Source of the DNA: Planctomycetota bacterium
GTDB lineage: Bacteria; Planctomycetota; JAJSAM01; JAJVHW01
Assembly (NCBI GenBank): GCA_965248445.1
Contig: CBDFJG010000004.1
Span: 1,696,001 to 1,760,000, forward strand
Direction of reading: 5' to 3'
DNA: 64,000 nucleotides
In this document: positions 63,595-64,000 of the stretch, one piece after another
Layout of the letters: each line of letters begins with the position of its first letter
Position numbering within the stretch: position 1 is the first letter of the stretch
Program-made: the position numbers and the translations under genes
Notes under the pieces: model-generated
Database searches by the model: none
The model's input: only the letters and a program-made list of their open reading frames with translations
What the model was told of the DNA's origin: nothing

Positions 63595-63998
63595 CTGACA
63601 CGCTCCAGCCGATGGACGTGCACGGGCTGATCCTCGCGATTCACTTCGGGGTGCTCCCGGCGGTAGGCCTCGGTCCACTTCTGAGCGCTCTCGTCCGGGG
63701 CGAACTTCCGGTATGCCTGTTCGGCGGCGGACGCGGCTTGCTCCTCGCCCAGCGCGCGGTAGATCTGGAACCGCATCCAGTGAGCGACGCGGTCTTCGGG
63801 GTCGATCGCCAGCACACGCAGGGCGCTCGCCATCGCTTCGTCGTAGTCGCCCAGCTTGTAGTGGATACGAGCGAGCGACCGATGAATGGTGCGGTCGTTC
63901 GGGAATGTCTCGAGCGCCCGGCCGTACGCTGCGATGGAACCGTCCTGATCGCCGGCCTTCTCGAGCGCCACCCCGAAGAAGAACGCGTTCTGCGGGTC
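63591..63998 (-). CDS. TPR protein, C-terminal part (5'-truncated by window edge)
   Basis: TPRs (YGRALETFPND, VLAIDPEDRVAH); C-terminal NREDQPVHVH; ATGA overlap with the CRTAC1 gene. Confidence 0.85.
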   Translation of the reverse strand, partial: DPQNAFFFGVALEKAGDQDGSIAAYGRALETFPNDRTIHRSLARIHYKLGDYDEAMASALRVLAIDPEDRVAHWMRFQIYRALGEEQAASAAEQAYRKFAPDESAQKWTEAYRREHPEVNREDQPVHVHRLERVR

Positions 63999-64000
63999 GG

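Overview
High-GC (about 70% by eye) bacterial chromosome segment, most likely Planctomycetota. The taxon is inferred from the gene content: exported PQQ-propeller, TPR and HEAT proteins, paired 'LPIFQR' prenyltransferase-like toroid proteins, CRTAC1/ASPIC-UnbV, Ser/Thr kinases and FHA. About 50 CDS. (1) 1-16.2 kb: cell-envelope cluster (propeller-TPR protein, two alpha/alpha-toroid proteins, DUF4175-like membrane protein, 1165-aa exported coiled coil) with an ECF sigma/anti-sigma pair embedded in it. (2) 16.4-28.4 kb: larE, exported HEAT/TPR proteins, M24 peptidase, NUDIX, CAAX protease. (3) 28.5-31.8 kb: small peptide + SGNH + methyltransferase + PaO-like Rieske oxygenase cassette. (4) 31.8-42.6 kb: dnaG-rpoD-zinc ribbon flanked by two kinases and an FHA protein, then a DEAD-box helicase. 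(5) 42.6-52.8 kb: two peptide ABC importers around one ATPase pair. (6) 52.9-64 kb: TlpA-like protein, tex, ClC, mobB, cytochrome c, CRTAC1. Best hidden signals: (a) an exported thioredoxin-fold selenoprotein (in-frame UGA giving UxxC, with a SECIS-like hairpin) that the ORF track splits in two at 59720-60640; (b) a ~140-bp structured dispersed repeat with a compensatory base-pair change at 16245 and 59571; (c) the peptide/SGNH/MTase/Rieske cassette; (d) many micro-tandem duplications at gene junctions. No CRISPR array, tRNA, rRNA or transposase was recognised. All family assignments come from motif recognition by eye, not from database searches.
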